Assembly: GCA_947472655.1 (NCBI GenBank)
Contig: CANJCG010000003.1
Span: 1 to 37,793, forward strand
DNA: 37,793 nucleotides
Origin: Actinomycetota bacterium
GTDB taxonomy: Bacteria > Actinomycetota > Actinomycetes > S36-B12
Reading direction: 5' to 3'
The stretch's first letter is position 1. Each line of letters starts with the position of its first letter. Made by a program: the position numbers and the translations under genes. This document shows, in pieces, positions 1 to 10,085 of this stretch. A model generated the notes under the pieces. It did no database searches and had not been told where the DNA came from. It was given only the letters and a program-made list of their open reading frames with translations.

Positions 1-67
1 CGTTTACGCCGCCGCCACCAATACCTACGACCTTGATTACAGCGAGATAGTTCTGTGGAGCCGCCAT
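1..67 (-). CDS. ftsZ: Cell division protein FtsZ, 5' fragment running off the window edge
   Basis: Reverse complement of 1-67 reads MAAPQNYLAVIKVVGIGGGGVN, the actinobacterial FtsZ N-terminus; purine-rich SD (GAAGGAAGGGAAG) upstream; follows ftsQ. Confidence 0.97.
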   Translation of the reverse strand, partial: MAAPQNYLAVIKVVGIGGGGVN

Positions 68-134
68 TGCGCTTCCCTTCCTTCGTTGGCGGATCAACCA
101 TGTACGTCGACCCCTGCGCTTACTCCTTCAACTC

Positions 135-155
135 TCAACCTCAAGTAGAGGCTGA
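135..155. promoter_or_regulatory. Inverted repeat upstream of ftsZ, probable transcription-factor site (FtsR/MerR-like)
   Basis: TCAACCTC-AAGTA-GAGGCTGA: 8-bp arms with one mismatch and a 5-nt spacer, in the ftsQ-ftsZ intergenic region. Confidence 0.6.
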
Positions 156-249
156 AATACGAGCATGGTTGCAAGCGGCGGGAAGTTAGTCTGTATTACC
201 CCTGTTGCGCAAGTGCGGAGCCAAAAAAGCAAAGCGACCTACGTCACAT

Positions 250-966
250 TTAGCTTTTGAGCTTCTCTTTATAGGTGGTTGGCAGCTCAGGAGCTGACAC
301 GTCATACACCTTGGCTTTGCGCTTGAGGAGCGATCGGGCCACCTGTGATTTCAACTCTGGCTGCTCAACACTTCCCCAACGCAAGATCGCCCCACTGTGC
401 AAGGTGAGTTCCACATTGTCACGAGTTGAGGCGAACAGTTTTGCTATTTTCGGACGCAGATCATCAGGCATCACGCTGAGAACCTCCATGGCTGCAACCA
501 GCCCGACACCATCGCCTTTCACTGTCGGCAAGCCTGCGGGAAGGACGGATGTCGGAGTGAATGCGACACCCTTGGCATCCACCCCAAGCCCTGTCGGTGT
601 GACTGCAATTGCAGTACGAGGAGTTACTGCAATCACAACATCATGCGGCCAGCCACGACGCACATCAACGGACTCAATCCAACTGATGTCAGCAAGGTGG
701 TCAGCAATTGCCTGGGTATCAAGTTGCGCAAGTGGAACACCCAACGGAACCTGCGCAGCGTCGTGTACCTGTTGAGCTGGAGCACCTTCAACGCCGAGGA
801 CAGTGACGCCTTCAGCGGTAAGCAATGACGAGAACCAGACCATCCACCCCACGCCAATAGCTGCAATCAACACGAAGATCGTGACAAGCAGCCTGCGCCG
901 TTTCTTGGGTGTCGCCACGCGCCGCGCATCCAGCTCAATTACGGGTTCTAATACGGGCTCTGTCAT
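250..966 (-). CDS. ftsQ: Cell division protein FtsQ/DivIB
   Basis: Basic N-terminus, single TM helix, POTRA-like segment (IESVDVRRGWPHDVVIAV), C-terminal YDVSAPELP; lies between murC and ftsZ. Confidence 0.93.
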   Translation of the reverse strand: MTEPVLEPVIELDARRVATPKKRRRLLVTIFVLIAAIGVGWMVWFSSLLTAEGVTVLGVEGAPAQQVHDAAQVPLGVPLAQLDTQAIADHLADISWIESVDVRRGWPHDVVIAVTPRTAIAVTPTGLGVDAKGVAFTPTSVLPAGLPTVKGDGVGLVAAMEVLSVMPDDLRPKIAKLFASTRDNVELTLHSGAILRWGSVEQPELKSQVARSLLKRKAKVYDVSAPELPTTYKEKLKS

Positions 967-2348
967 GTTCGACGTGCCAAAAGTTCTAAGACTTCGGTAC
1001 CAAGTAAGCCAATGTCGCCGGCCCCCAGAGTCATGATGAGATCGCCAGGTCGGGCCCGATCAACGAGTCCGCCCGCCACTGCCGACCATGAAGGCTCGAA
1101 GTGAACCTGACTGGCCGGAAGGGGAACATTGGTTGCCATGGTCTGCCCACTTGCACCAGGAATAGGTGTCTCGCCTGGTGCAAACACTTCAAGCACGATT
1201 ACTTCATCGGCTAACCCAAGTGCCGCACCAAATTCTTTAATGAACATGGCAGTCCGGTAGTAGTGGTGTGCCTGAAAGGCCACGACTAGGCGCCCTTCTC
1301 CAACCACATCTCGGGCTGCTCGCAAGGTGGCCGCAATCTCCGTTGGATGGTGGGCATAGTCATCGAATACTCGTACTCCATGCGCTTCGCCCTTGAAGTC
1401 AAAGCGCCGACGAGTGCCCGTGAACTCAGCTAAACCTGCGACAAGGTCTTGGGGTGTGAAGCCCAGACCAATTCCAGTGACCAGAGCTGCGAGGGAATTC
1501 AATGCATTGTGCTCGCCCGGTACCTGCAAGGTCACCGGACCAATAACATCCCCTAGATGCACAACGCTGTACTGCCACCCTCGCCCGATTAGCTGCGGCT
1601 CAATGAGTCGGAAATCTGCATCTTGTGCAGTTCCATAACTGCGAACATCCACACCGACAGCCCTGGCATCTGTCGCTAACTTGCGGCCGCCTAAATCGTC
1701 GATGCAAATCGTCACAAACCCCTGATGCCTTTGCACATTCTTCGCAAACTCTAAGAAGCCTTCTTCAATTGCTTCGAGGCTTCCCCAATGATTGAGGTGG
1801 TCGGCTTCAACATTCGTGACGATCGCTGCAACCGCGTCAAGATGCAGGAATGCGCCGTCGCTCTCGTCCGCCTCGACAACAAAAATGTCACCGCTGCCTA
1901 AGTGTGCATTGGCTCCAGTCTCATTGAGCTCGCTACCTATTGCAAAGGAAGGGTCTGCACCACAGTTTTGTAGAGCAACAGTGAGCATCGAGGTCGTCGT
2001 GGTTTTCCCGTGCGTTCCCGAAACTGCGACCCCTCGGCTGCCCGTCATAATCGCAACTAAGGCGTCTGCACGACTGAGTTCTTGGATGCCCCGTTCTGCG
2101 GCAGTTACACGCTCAGGGTTTGTTTCTGGGATCGCAGTGGAAATCACTAGGGTGTCGATTCCGTCAAGCCAATCACCTGAGTGACCGATATGTACGGCCA
2201 CACCTAAGGCCCGCAAGGCTTCAATCCGCCGAGACTCCTTGGCATCACTACCCGAAACCCGGGCTCCTTGGGCAACCAGAATGCGTGCGATTCCTGACAT
2301 CCCGGCTCCACCAATACCCACGATGAAGACATGCCCGAGGTCCCTCAA
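963..2348 (-). CDS. murC: UDP-N-acetylmuramate--L-alanine ligase
   Basis: GIGGAGMSGIA, GTHGKTTTTSM, VEADESDG and DDYAHHPTEI motifs. Confidence 0.97.
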   Translation of the reverse strand: MRDLGHVFIVGIGGAGMSGIARILVAQGARVSGSDAKESRRIEALRALGVAVHIGHSGDWLDGIDTLVISTAIPETNPERVTAAERGIQELSRADALVAIMTGSRGVAVSGTHGKTTTTSMLTVALQNCGADPSFAIGSELNETGANAHLGSGDIFVVEADESDGAFLHLDAVAAIVTNVEADHLNHWGSLEAIEEGFLEFAKNVQRHQGFVTICIDDLGGRKLATDARAVGVDVRSYGTAQDADFRLIEPQLIGRGWQYSVVHLGDVIGPVTLQVPGEHNALNSLAALVTGIGLGFTPQDLVAGLAEFTGTRRRFDFKGEAHGVRVFDDYAHHPTEIAATLRAARDVVGEGRLVVAFQAHHYYRTAMFIKEFGAALGLADEVIVLEVFAPGETPIPGASGQTMATNVPLPASQVHFEPSWSAVAGGLVDRARPGDLIMTLGAGDIGLLGTEVLELLARRT

Positions 2349-3457
2349 GAGTCGTCCCTTTCATCATGTGTCTTCAGCGCTCGATGGTGGCGTGCAATTC
2401 GTAGTACTTCCTGCGCAAGTTGTAGTCCTGAGTCTTGAACACCTGTTCGCGCGGCGGCCTGACTCATGGCCTCGAGCCTGGCACTATCTTTCACGAGCGA
2501 TGCAACCGTATGCGTGAGCCACTCCGCGGTGAGTGCAGCGTTATCAATCACAACTGCTCCACCGGCATTAACCATCTTCAGTGCATTGATTTTTTGTTCA
2601 CCATTTCCAATTGGTAAGGGGACAAAAATTGTGGGCAAGCCCACAGCTGAGACTTCAGCAACTGTCATCGCCCCAGCTCTGGTGAGACCGAGGTCAGCTG
2701 CGGCATACGCCAAATCCATTCGATCGAGGTACGAAACTGCGGCATAACCCTGCAACTGAGCTGGGGCCTGATTTTTGGGTCCATACCCATGCAGTACCTG
2801 AATTCCTAATTCAAGAAGTGCAGGCAGACTCTGGGCAACGATCTCATTGATGTGCTGAGCACCTTGCGATCCGCCAAATACTAAAAGTACCGGGCCATCG
2901 AGCCGTAGACCGAAGAATTCTCGAGCTTGTATTCGCAGTGCTCCACGGTCAAGCTCGGCGATCGAAGCACGCAATGGCAAGCCCAAAATAGTGCCCGGGA
3001 GGCTTCCTGGAACGCTGACAAAAACCTGATCTGCAAAACGCGCAGCAACTTTATTCGCCAACCCTGCCTTTGCATTGGCTTCATGGATCACCAGCCCGCA
3101 GGAAACCTTGCGCGTTGCTAGATATGCAGGCAACGCCGCGTATCCCCCAAAGCCGACCACTACATCCGCATCGACAGCCCGCAATATCTGCTTACTTTGT
3201 TTGGTTGCTCGCCGAACTTTTGAACCTACAGAAAACAGATCACGTGACAATTTTCGAGGCATCGCAACTGCAGGCACCGAACGAAGTTCATAACCACGCG
3301 CCGGAACTAATGTCGACTCCAGCCCATGTTCACCACCAATGACTGTGATCTGAATATCTGGTTCAAGAGCAGTGAGCGCGTCCGCGAGATTCAATGCCGG
3401 CTCGATATGCCCGGCCGTTCCGCCAGCGGCGAGCACGACGTGAGTCGGTCTGGTCAT
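2345..3457 (-). CDS. murG: Lipid II GlcNAc transferase MurG
   Basis: GGTAGHIEPA, GFGGY, HEANAKAGLAN, GGSQGA and RAGAMTVAE motifs. Confidence 0.97.
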   Translation of the reverse strand: MTRPTHVVLAAGGTAGHIEPALNLADALTALEPDIQITVIGGEHGLESTLVPARGYELRSVPAVAMPRKLSRDLFSVGSKVRRATKQSKQILRAVDADVVVGFGGYAALPAYLATRKVSCGLVIHEANAKAGLANKVAARFADQVFVSVPGSLPGTILGLPLRASIAELDRGALRIQAREFFGLRLDGPVLLVFGGSQGAQHINEIVAQSLPALLELGIQVLHGYGPKNQAPAQLQGYAAVSYLDRMDLAYAAADLGLTRAGAMTVAEVSAVGLPTIFVPLPIGNGEQKINALKMVNAGGAVVIDNAALTAEWLTHTVASLVKDSARLEAMSQAAARTGVQDSGLQLAQEVLRIARHHRALKTHDERDDS

Positions 3458-4653
3458 CGCCTGGCCAACGAGCGCGCAGTCTGCCTGCGCCTCAAAGACT
3501 GTCGAGCTCCTGGTTCATTACGTGCAAAACACAGCAGCATGCCAACGGCTGCCAACGTCGGAATAAGTGATGAGCCACCATAAGAAACAAATGGAAGAGG
3601 AACACCAGTAATCGGCAGGAGTCCAAGAACTGCACCAATGTTGACGATTGCTTGGACCACAATCCAACAGCCCACGCCTGCAGATGAAATTCGCACGAAG
3701 GGATCCGACGACGTTCGAGTGAGTCTAAAAATGGCGAAAGCCAACAGGGCAAACAGCAAGAGCACTGACAAAGTTCCGATCAGTCCCAACTCTTCGCCAA
3801 TGACCGAAAAGATGAAGTCAGTGTGAGCCTCAGGAAGTGCTCCCCATTTTTCACGGCTTGCACCCAGTCCGACGCCGAGCAATCCCCCTGTGCCCAGCGC
3901 ATAGTGGCCTTGAGTGAGTTGCCAGCCGATACCCAACGGATCACTGTTGGGATTGAGCCACGAGGTGATGCGTTCCATTCGATATGGCGCCGCAAGAGTG
4001 AGCACCCAAACACCGACGATCGAGAATGCTGCAAACCCAGCAAAAAACCGGCCTGGAACTCCTGCAATAAAAAGCATTCCGCACATGATTGCTGCCAGCA
4101 TGAAGGTGTTGCCAAAGTCGCCTTCCATCAGCACTAAGACCATGAATAGTGCGGCCACTGGTACAACAGGGACCAGTAACTCTTTCCACTCACGGTAGTA
4201 GTCAACTTTCTTCGCGAGCTGATCTGCTCCCCAAACAACGAGGGCGATCTTTGCAAACTCAGAAGGTTGAACGCGGAACGGGCCAAAGAGTTCAATCCAA
4301 TTTCGCTGGCCAGCAACAGACACGCCAATGACCAACACGGCAACGAGCAAAACGACAGCGCCAACAAAAAGCCACTTAGAAATTCCACGCCAAAATTGAA
4401 TAGAGGTGCGAGCAGCAAAATACAAGCCGACAAGACCAATCACGCCAAAGAGTGCTTGGCGCTGAAACAACGTGTACGAAGACCCAAAGGTTTTAAAGCT
4501 CTCGATGCTAGAAGCCGACAAGACCATGACCAAGCCCAGAAGGAGAAGCAGTACTGAAGCTCCACCGATGAGGTAGTACGTACTCAGTGGGTGATCCAGG
4601 AGAAACTTGACCCGATTATCCCTGAGCCGTTTAGGTATTTTTGTATCCGTCAT
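3454..4653 (-). CDS. ftsW: SEDS peptidoglycan polymerase FtsW
   Basis: Multi-TM; QPSEFAK, LPEAHTDFIFSVIGEELG and GVPLPFVSYGGSS motifs. Confidence 0.97.
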   Translation of the reverse strand: MTDTKIPKRLRDNRVKFLLDHPLSTYYLIGGASVLLLLLGLVMVLSASSIESFKTFGSSYTLFQRQALFGVIGLVGLYFAARTSIQFWRGISKWLFVGAVVLLVAVLVIGVSVAGQRNWIELFGPFRVQPSEFAKIALVVWGADQLAKKVDYYREWKELLVPVVPVAALFMVLVLMEGDFGNTFMLAAIMCGMLFIAGVPGRFFAGFAAFSIVGVWVLTLAAPYRMERITSWLNPNSDPLGIGWQLTQGHYALGTGGLLGVGLGASREKWGALPEAHTDFIFSVIGEELGLIGTLSVLLLFALLAFAIFRLTRTSSDPFVRISSAGVGCWIVVQAIVNIGAVLGLLPITGVPLPFVSYGGSSLIPTLAAVGMLLCFARNEPGARQSLRRRQTARSLARR

Positions 4654-6080
4654 GAGCGCCCTAGCCCAAGCTTTCGAACCGCATCGGCGAAAAGTTCGCC
4701 GCGTTGGGCGTAATCACGGAACATGTCCCAAGAAGCACATCCAGGGGCGAGTAAAACGGTATCGCCCGGCTGCGCAAAATCCCGCGCGGCAGCAACGACC
4801 TCGACCATGGCTTCAGTGTCGTTGCGTTCAATGACTTTGACCGGCACCTGCGGCGCGTGTCGCGAAAGCCCGTCGGCAATCACCCCACGATCCACTCCTA
4901 AAAGGACGACGCCTCGCATTTTGTGACCCACTTCGGCTATTAAGGTGCTGAAATCTTGCCCTTTTGCCATACCCCCAGCGATCCACACGACTGATGGATA
5001 AGCCCGTAGTGAAGTCAAAGCTGCATGGGCGTTCGTGGCTTTTGAATCGTCGATATACGTCACCTCATCGATGGTGGCAACGTTAGCAATGCGATGTCCT
5101 GCCGGTTCAAACTGTTCAAGGCCTAGCTTGATAGCGCTGGCACTCACTCCAAAGGCACGGGCCAAAGCGGCCGCTGCAAGCGCATTGGCAATGTTGTGCG
5201 GAGCATTTGGTTGCACATCATCTTTGCTTGCAAGCTCCTGAGCCGAACGTTGACGATCATCTAAGAAGGCTCGATCTACAAGAAATTCTTCAACTACCCC
5301 AAGCATTGAAACATCTGGAATGCTCAAGGTGAATCCCACCGCGCGACAGCCTTCGATAACGTTGGCATTTTCAACCATACGAATCGTTGCATGATCATCC
5401 GCGTTGAATACAGCAGCGACTTGAGTGCGCTCATAAATCTTTGCTTTCGCCAATACATAATTTTCGAAAGTTCCAAAATGATCGATGTGATCATCGGCGA
5501 TGTTTAAACAGACCGAGGCTAGCGGGCTCATCGACTCCACGAACGGTAGTTGCGGCGCCCCTACTTCAACCGCAATCACATCAAGATCGTCGTGCATAAC
5601 AACGCTGACCAACGAATGACCAATATTGCCTGCTGCCACAGCGCGCAGACCCGCAGCTTTCAACATCGATTCCAGCATCAACGTGGTGGTGGTTTTGCCG
5701 TTAGTTCCGGTGACGACCAGCCATGGAGCCGCACCCTCGGCCGCCCGTAGACGCCAGGCGAGTTCGAGTTCTCCCCAGACAGGGACCCCCGCTGATTGAG
5801 CCTGCAAAATAAGTGGATCGGAAGGCCTCAAGCCAGGCGACACGATCAGTAGATCGGTTTCCAATAACGAACCGTCGTGTCCAAGTATGACTTCGACACC
5901 TATGACGTCGAGGATTGCAGCTTTTTCTCGCTGCTTCTGGCCGTCTTGCGCATCAACAACCCTTACCTTGGCGCCTAGTTGGGCCAAGGCATCGGCTGCA
6001 GCGAACCCAGCTATTCCAAGGCCAGCTACTGTTGCGTGAATTCTGGACCAGTCAGATTCACGGTTAAAACCTTGGATCAC
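4650..6080 (-). CDS. murD: UDP-MurNAc-L-Ala--D-glutamate ligase
   Basis: GLGIAG, VTGTNGKTTTT, DDSKATN and LLAPGCASWDMF motifs; start moved from 6146 to GTG at 6080, which overlaps the mraY stop (GTGA). Confidence 0.95.
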   Translation of the reverse strand: MIQGFNRESDWSRIHATVAGLGIAGFAAADALAQLGAKVRVVDAQDGQKQREKAAILDVIGVEVILGHDGSLLETDLLIVSPGLRPSDPLILQAQSAGVPVWGELELAWRLRAAEGAAPWLVVTGTNGKTTTTLMLESMLKAAGLRAVAAGNIGHSLVSVVMHDDLDVIAVEVGAPQLPFVESMSPLASVCLNIADDHIDHFGTFENYVLAKAKIYERTQVAAVFNADDHATIRMVENANVIEGCRAVGFTLSIPDVSMLGVVEEFLVDRAFLDDRQRSAQELASKDDVQPNAPHNIANALAAAALARAFGVSASAIKLGLEQFEPAGHRIANVATIDEVTYIDDSKATNAHAALTSLRAYPSVVWIAGGMAKGQDFSTLIAEVGHKMRGVVLLGVDRGVIADGLSRHAPQVPVKVIERNDTEAMVEVVAAARDFAQPGDTVLLAPGCASWDMFRDYAQRGELFADAVRKLGLGRS

Positions 6081-7147
6081 GAACGCACCCATTCTGCGTA
6101 GAACAAGACGATGCCGGCTCCAATGCATAAGCCGTGAATAATCCAAAAGCGCACCACGATTTGAATTTCTGGCCAGCCGAGCATTTCAAAATGATGATGC
6201 AGCGGGGCCATGCGAAATATTCGACGCCCCGTGAGTTTGAAGGATCCCACTTGTCCAATAACCGACAGTGATGTGATGAGAAACAATCCCGCGAGTAACG
6301 GCAGCAGCAACTCAGTTCGGCTCAAAATTGCTAAGCCGGCGATCCCACCACCGAGTGCGAGTGAGCCGGTGTCGCCCATGAAGATTCGAGCCGGAGCAGT
6401 GTTCCACCACAGAAACCCAAAGCTTGCCCCTGCCAAGGCTGCGGCAACAATGGCTAAGTCAAGGGGGCTAACCGTGGAATAACACGTGGAACTCACAGAG
6501 TCACTGAAGGCACAGTTTTGTCCGTACTGCCACACAGTGATGATGACGTAGGCCAAAAACGTCATGATCGAAGCTCCGATAGCTAATCCGTCCAAACCAT
6601 CGGTGAGGTTGACTCCATTTGTGGTGGCTGTAATCAGGAACCAAATCCACAACAAAAAGAGTCCCAGCGGCAGAACAATCGCAGTGTCGCGAACAAACGA
6701 GATAGCCATTGACGCGGGAGCCCCGCCGTCATTAACGAACTGCAGTGAAAGCCACGCGAAACTCAATGCGATGACTGCTTGACCGATGAGTTTGGTGCGT
6801 GCGCGAAGACCAGTGCTGCGTTGTTTGAAAATCTTGAGATAGTCGTCAGCGACACCAACCAAGCCCAGGCCTAGTGTCAGATACAACACAAGCATCGCGG
6901 ACGGTGTTACAGGGCGCCAAGTCAATAAATGAGTTAAGAAATACCCCACAACCACGCCCAGAATGATCGCGACGCCACCCATCGATGGGGTGCCGCGCTT
7001 ACTCTCGTGATCGGGATACAACTCACCTTCTGTCGATACCCGAATTGCTTGGGAATATCCATGCCGAGCGAGCAATTTAATGAGCAGAGGGGTGCCAATG
7101 AGCGTGACGATCGTGGCGATCGTCATCGAAATTACTACGAGTCTCAT
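6077..7147 (-). CDS. mraY: Phospho-MurNAc-pentapeptide transferase
   Basis: KRGTPSMGG, NGVNLTDGLDGL, IFMGDTGS and MAPLHHHFE motifs. Confidence 0.97.
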   Translation of the reverse strand: MRLVVISMTIATIVTLIGTPLLIKLLARHGYSQAIRVSTEGELYPDHESKRGTPSMGGVAIILGVVVGYFLTHLLTWRPVTPSAMLVLYLTLGLGLVGVADDYLKIFKQRSTGLRARTKLIGQAVIALSFAWLSLQFVNDGGAPASMAISFVRDTAIVLPLGLFLLWIWFLITATTNGVNLTDGLDGLAIGASIMTFLAYVIITVWQYGQNCAFSDSVSSTCYSTVSPLDLAIVAAALAGASFGFLWWNTAPARIFMGDTGSLALGGGIAGLAILSRTELLLPLLAGLFLITSLSVIGQVGSFKLTGRRIFRMAPLHHHFEMLGWPEIQIVVRFWIIHGLCIGAGIVLFYAEWVRS

Positions 7148-8547
7148 GGCTCTTCCTGGTCTGTGAGTGCTGCGGCTACCCGCTCAAGTCCAATCCCACG
7201 AGACGCCTTAATCAGCACGATATCGCCGGAACGCAGTTCCTCATGTAACAGTGAGATGGCGTCGTCAGGGTCTTTTGAAAAGTAGGCCTGCATGGCTGGT
7301 AAACCCGCAGCCTTCGCGGCTTGATTTCCCGCTGCTATCGCAGCTTGATAAATCGGGTCCGCTCCTAGGCCTATACACAGCAACCGAGTGATCCCAAAAT
7401 CCACTACCTGGCGACCGACCACCTCGTGCGCATCTTTTGAGCCAGCGCCAAGCTCCAGCATTTCGCCGAGTACAGCCCAAGTAGCGCGTCTTGCACCCAT
7501 GGCAGCCAGCGTTTCTAATGCTGCTCTCATCGACTCAGGATTGGCGTTATACGTGTCATTAATAACAGTGAAACCTGCCTGGGTTTGCGTGACTTCCATA
7601 CGCCATTTACTTGGGATTGTTGCGTCACTCAACGCTTTCGCAACATCTTCAAGCGCTATCCCAACTTCAAGAGCTACCGCAGCGACAGCGAGTGCGTTGG
7701 AAACAAAATGTTCGCCATGAATTGACATCCGAACGCTTGCTTCGTTTCCTAAATAGTGAAGAGTGAATGACGGTCGAGCCATTTCATCAAGTGTTACACC
7801 AGTAGCCCGAACGGTTGCATTCGCAGACTGGCCGAAGCGCACGATTCGCGCCGACGTCTTCGACTCTTGCTGAGTTACATTCGGGTCATCCCCATTAAGA
7901 ATTGCGATTCCACCAGAAGGCAGTCCTGCAATGACTTCAGCCTTAGCCTGCGCGATACTTTCAATCGAGCCCAACATGCCCATATGCGCTGAACCAATGT
8001 TCAGAAGAACTCCAATTAACGGCTTCGAAAGTTCACAGAGATATTCAATATGGCCGATTCCACGCATTCCCATTTCCAACACTAGATAACGCGTTGATTC
8101 ATCGGCCCGCAGCATCGTGAGGGGTACACCGATTTCAGTGTTGAATGATCCACGCGAGGCAACGGTCTCCCCAAAATGCCCTAGAACATTGGCGAGTAAG
8201 TCTTTGGTTGAAGTCTTTCCACTTGAACCTGTAATCGCAATGACAGTGCAGTTCAGTTGGGTGCGAACGTATTCCGCCAATTGGCCGAGCGCTTTGATCG
8301 AATCTGACACAACAATGCAGGGCACGTCTAACTGACGTTCAGCCAAAACGGCTACTGCGCCGTTAGTCAACGCGAGGGCAGCAAATTCGTGACCATCAAC
8401 GCGTTCGCCAACAATGGCAACAAAGAGTGATCCGGCTGTCACGTCATTTGAATCGACGACAACATTTGTGACCTGTTCTGCTCCTGTGGTCGCGAATATT
8501 TCTCCTTGGAGAATCGCGCACACCTCGGACACCGTTAATGTAATCAC
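7144..8547 (-). CDS. murF: UDP-MurNAc-tripeptide--D-Ala-D-Ala ligase
   Basis: ITGSSGKTSTKD, LEMGMRGIGHI, NDTYNANPESM and KASRG motifs. Confidence 0.96.
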   Translation of the reverse strand: MITLTVSEVCAILQGEIFATTGAEQVTNVVVDSNDVTAGSLFVAIVGERVDGHEFAALALTNGAVAVLAERQLDVPCIVVSDSIKALGQLAEYVRTQLNCTVIAITGSSGKTSTKDLLANVLGHFGETVASRGSFNTEIGVPLTMLRADESTRYLVLEMGMRGIGHIEYLCELSKPLIGVLLNIGSAHMGMLGSIESIAQAKAEVIAGLPSGGIAILNGDDPNVTQQESKTSARIVRFGQSANATVRATGVTLDEMARPSFTLHYLGNEASVRMSIHGEHFVSNALAVAAVALEVGIALEDVAKALSDATIPSKWRMEVTQTQAGFTVINDTYNANPESMRAALETLAAMGARRATWAVLGEMLELGAGSKDAHEVVGRQVVDFGITRLLCIGLGADPIYQAAIAAGNQAAKAAGLPAMQAYFSKDPDDAISLLHEELRSGDIVLIKASRGIGLERVAAALTDQEEP

Positions 8548-10082
8548 CGGACACCAGCATTAATCTCTTCGAGAGCCAGCTCGAGAACCACTCGGTCATC
8601 GAAAGGCGTCATCACTCCGGCAATCTCTTGACCTAGCTCATGCCCTTTGCCAAGAACCACAACCACATCGCCAGGGCGCGCTAACCTCACTGCAGTTGTG
8701 ACTGCCAAAGCCCGATCTGCCACTTCATGAATTGATTTACTTGGCACCTTGGACGCCTCGTTTACTCCAGCCAAGATTTCCGAACGAATCAGTGCTGGAT
8801 TTTCAGAGCGGGGATTGTCATCGGTGATAATGAGTTGATCAGCAAGGCTTGCCGCTAGCTGCCCCATGAGTGGCCGTTTGGTGGCATCACGATCGCCACC
8901 GGCACCCATAACCGCGATCACCTGACCTTTTGTGAGTTCGCGCACTGCAGTGAGCACTCGCTGCACGGCATCAGGAGTGTGTGCGTAATCGACAAAACCT
9001 TCGATCCCCGCGGCACCGTTGCTGCCCTGAATTTTTTCAAGGCGCCCAGCAACATGAACAGTTTTTAGAGCCGAGACAATCTCCTGGCTTGGGATATCAA
9101 TCAAACGCAGCATGGCATAGGCCAGTACTGCATTCGCTCGGTTGAATTCACCTGGCATTTGCAATTCAACCTCTACCTGCTCCCCTAACGGGCCACTGAT
9201 TTTTGCTTTTGTGAGCGAGGTGCGTTCAATGGACCAGTCAGCTTGTTTACCCGTTGCCGTGACGGTTGAAATAGGAATGTCAGTCTCGGCAACTAACCGC
9301 TCACCCCATGCCGAGTCAATACATACAACACCTCGACTCGCAAAATCTCGGTGAAAGAGTGACCTCTTAGCCTTGAAATAATTCTCCATCGTAATGTGGT
9401 AATCGAGATGATCTTGAGAAAGATTTGTGAACCCAACTATTTCGAAATGGATTCCTCCAACTCGGTGCTCACTCATCGCATGGCTTGAAACTTCCATCAC
9501 CACATCTGAAGCACCAAGATCACACATCTGAGCAAATAATTCATGCAAAGTCGTAGCTTCGGGAGTCGTTCGCGATGAGTTTAATACGTCTGCGCCAATG
9601 CGCACACCAGTTGTGCCAATGAATGCTGTAGCTCGGCCTGAGGCTTTCAAGGCGGCTTCAATCATGGTGGCAGTCGTTGTTTTTCCGTTCGTGCCAGTCA
9701 CTCCGAGTAACCGCAATTTCTCAACTGATCTACCGTAAATGAGATTTGCAACTGCACCCATCCATTTACGGGCATCGGGAATAGCGAGCACCGGAATCTG
9801 AAGTTCCAGGGATGATTCGCTATTGATTTTTGTCCAACCAGCAGTATCCGTGAGGATTGCAACAGCGCCACGCTCTATAGCTTCAGCGACAAACTGCAGT
9901 CCATGACTCTTGTGACCAGTGATCGCCGCAAACATGTCGCCTGGATTTACGTCTCGTGAATCTAAGGAAATGCCAGTGACAACGGTCTGGCTTGATCCAG
10001 ATAACTGCGCTTCAGGTATGCCCAAACTCATCAAAGCGGAGAGTTCAACCGGTGCCAGTTCTGCGTGAGCGTGTGATGCCAT
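8544..10082 (-). CDS. murE: UDP-MurNAc-L-Ala-D-Glu--meso-DAP ligase
   Basis: GTNGKTT, TTPEA, MEVSSH, DYAHTPDA and GKGHE motifs; DNPR motif indicates meso-DAP specificity. Confidence 0.96.
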   Translation of the reverse strand: MASHAHAELAPVELSALMSLGIPEAQLSGSSQTVVTGISLDSRDVNPGDMFAAITGHKSHGLQFVAEAIERGAVAILTDTAGWTKINSESSLELQIPVLAIPDARKWMGAVANLIYGRSVEKLRLLGVTGTNGKTTTATMIEAALKASGRATAFIGTTGVRIGADVLNSSRTTPEATTLHELFAQMCDLGASDVVMEVSSHAMSEHRVGGIHFEIVGFTNLSQDHLDYHITMENYFKAKRSLFHRDFASRGVVCIDSAWGERLVAETDIPISTVTATGKQADWSIERTSLTKAKISGPLGEQVEVELQMPGEFNRANAVLAYAMLRLIDIPSQEIVSALKTVHVAGRLEKIQGSNGAAGIEGFVDYAHTPDAVQRVLTAVRELTKGQVIAVMGAGGDRDATKRPLMGQLAASLADQLIITDDNPRSENPALIRSEILAGVNEASKVPSKSIHEVADRALAVTTAVRLARPGDVVVVLGKGHELGQEIAGVMTPFDDRVVLELALEEINAGVR

Positions 10083-10085
10083 CGA

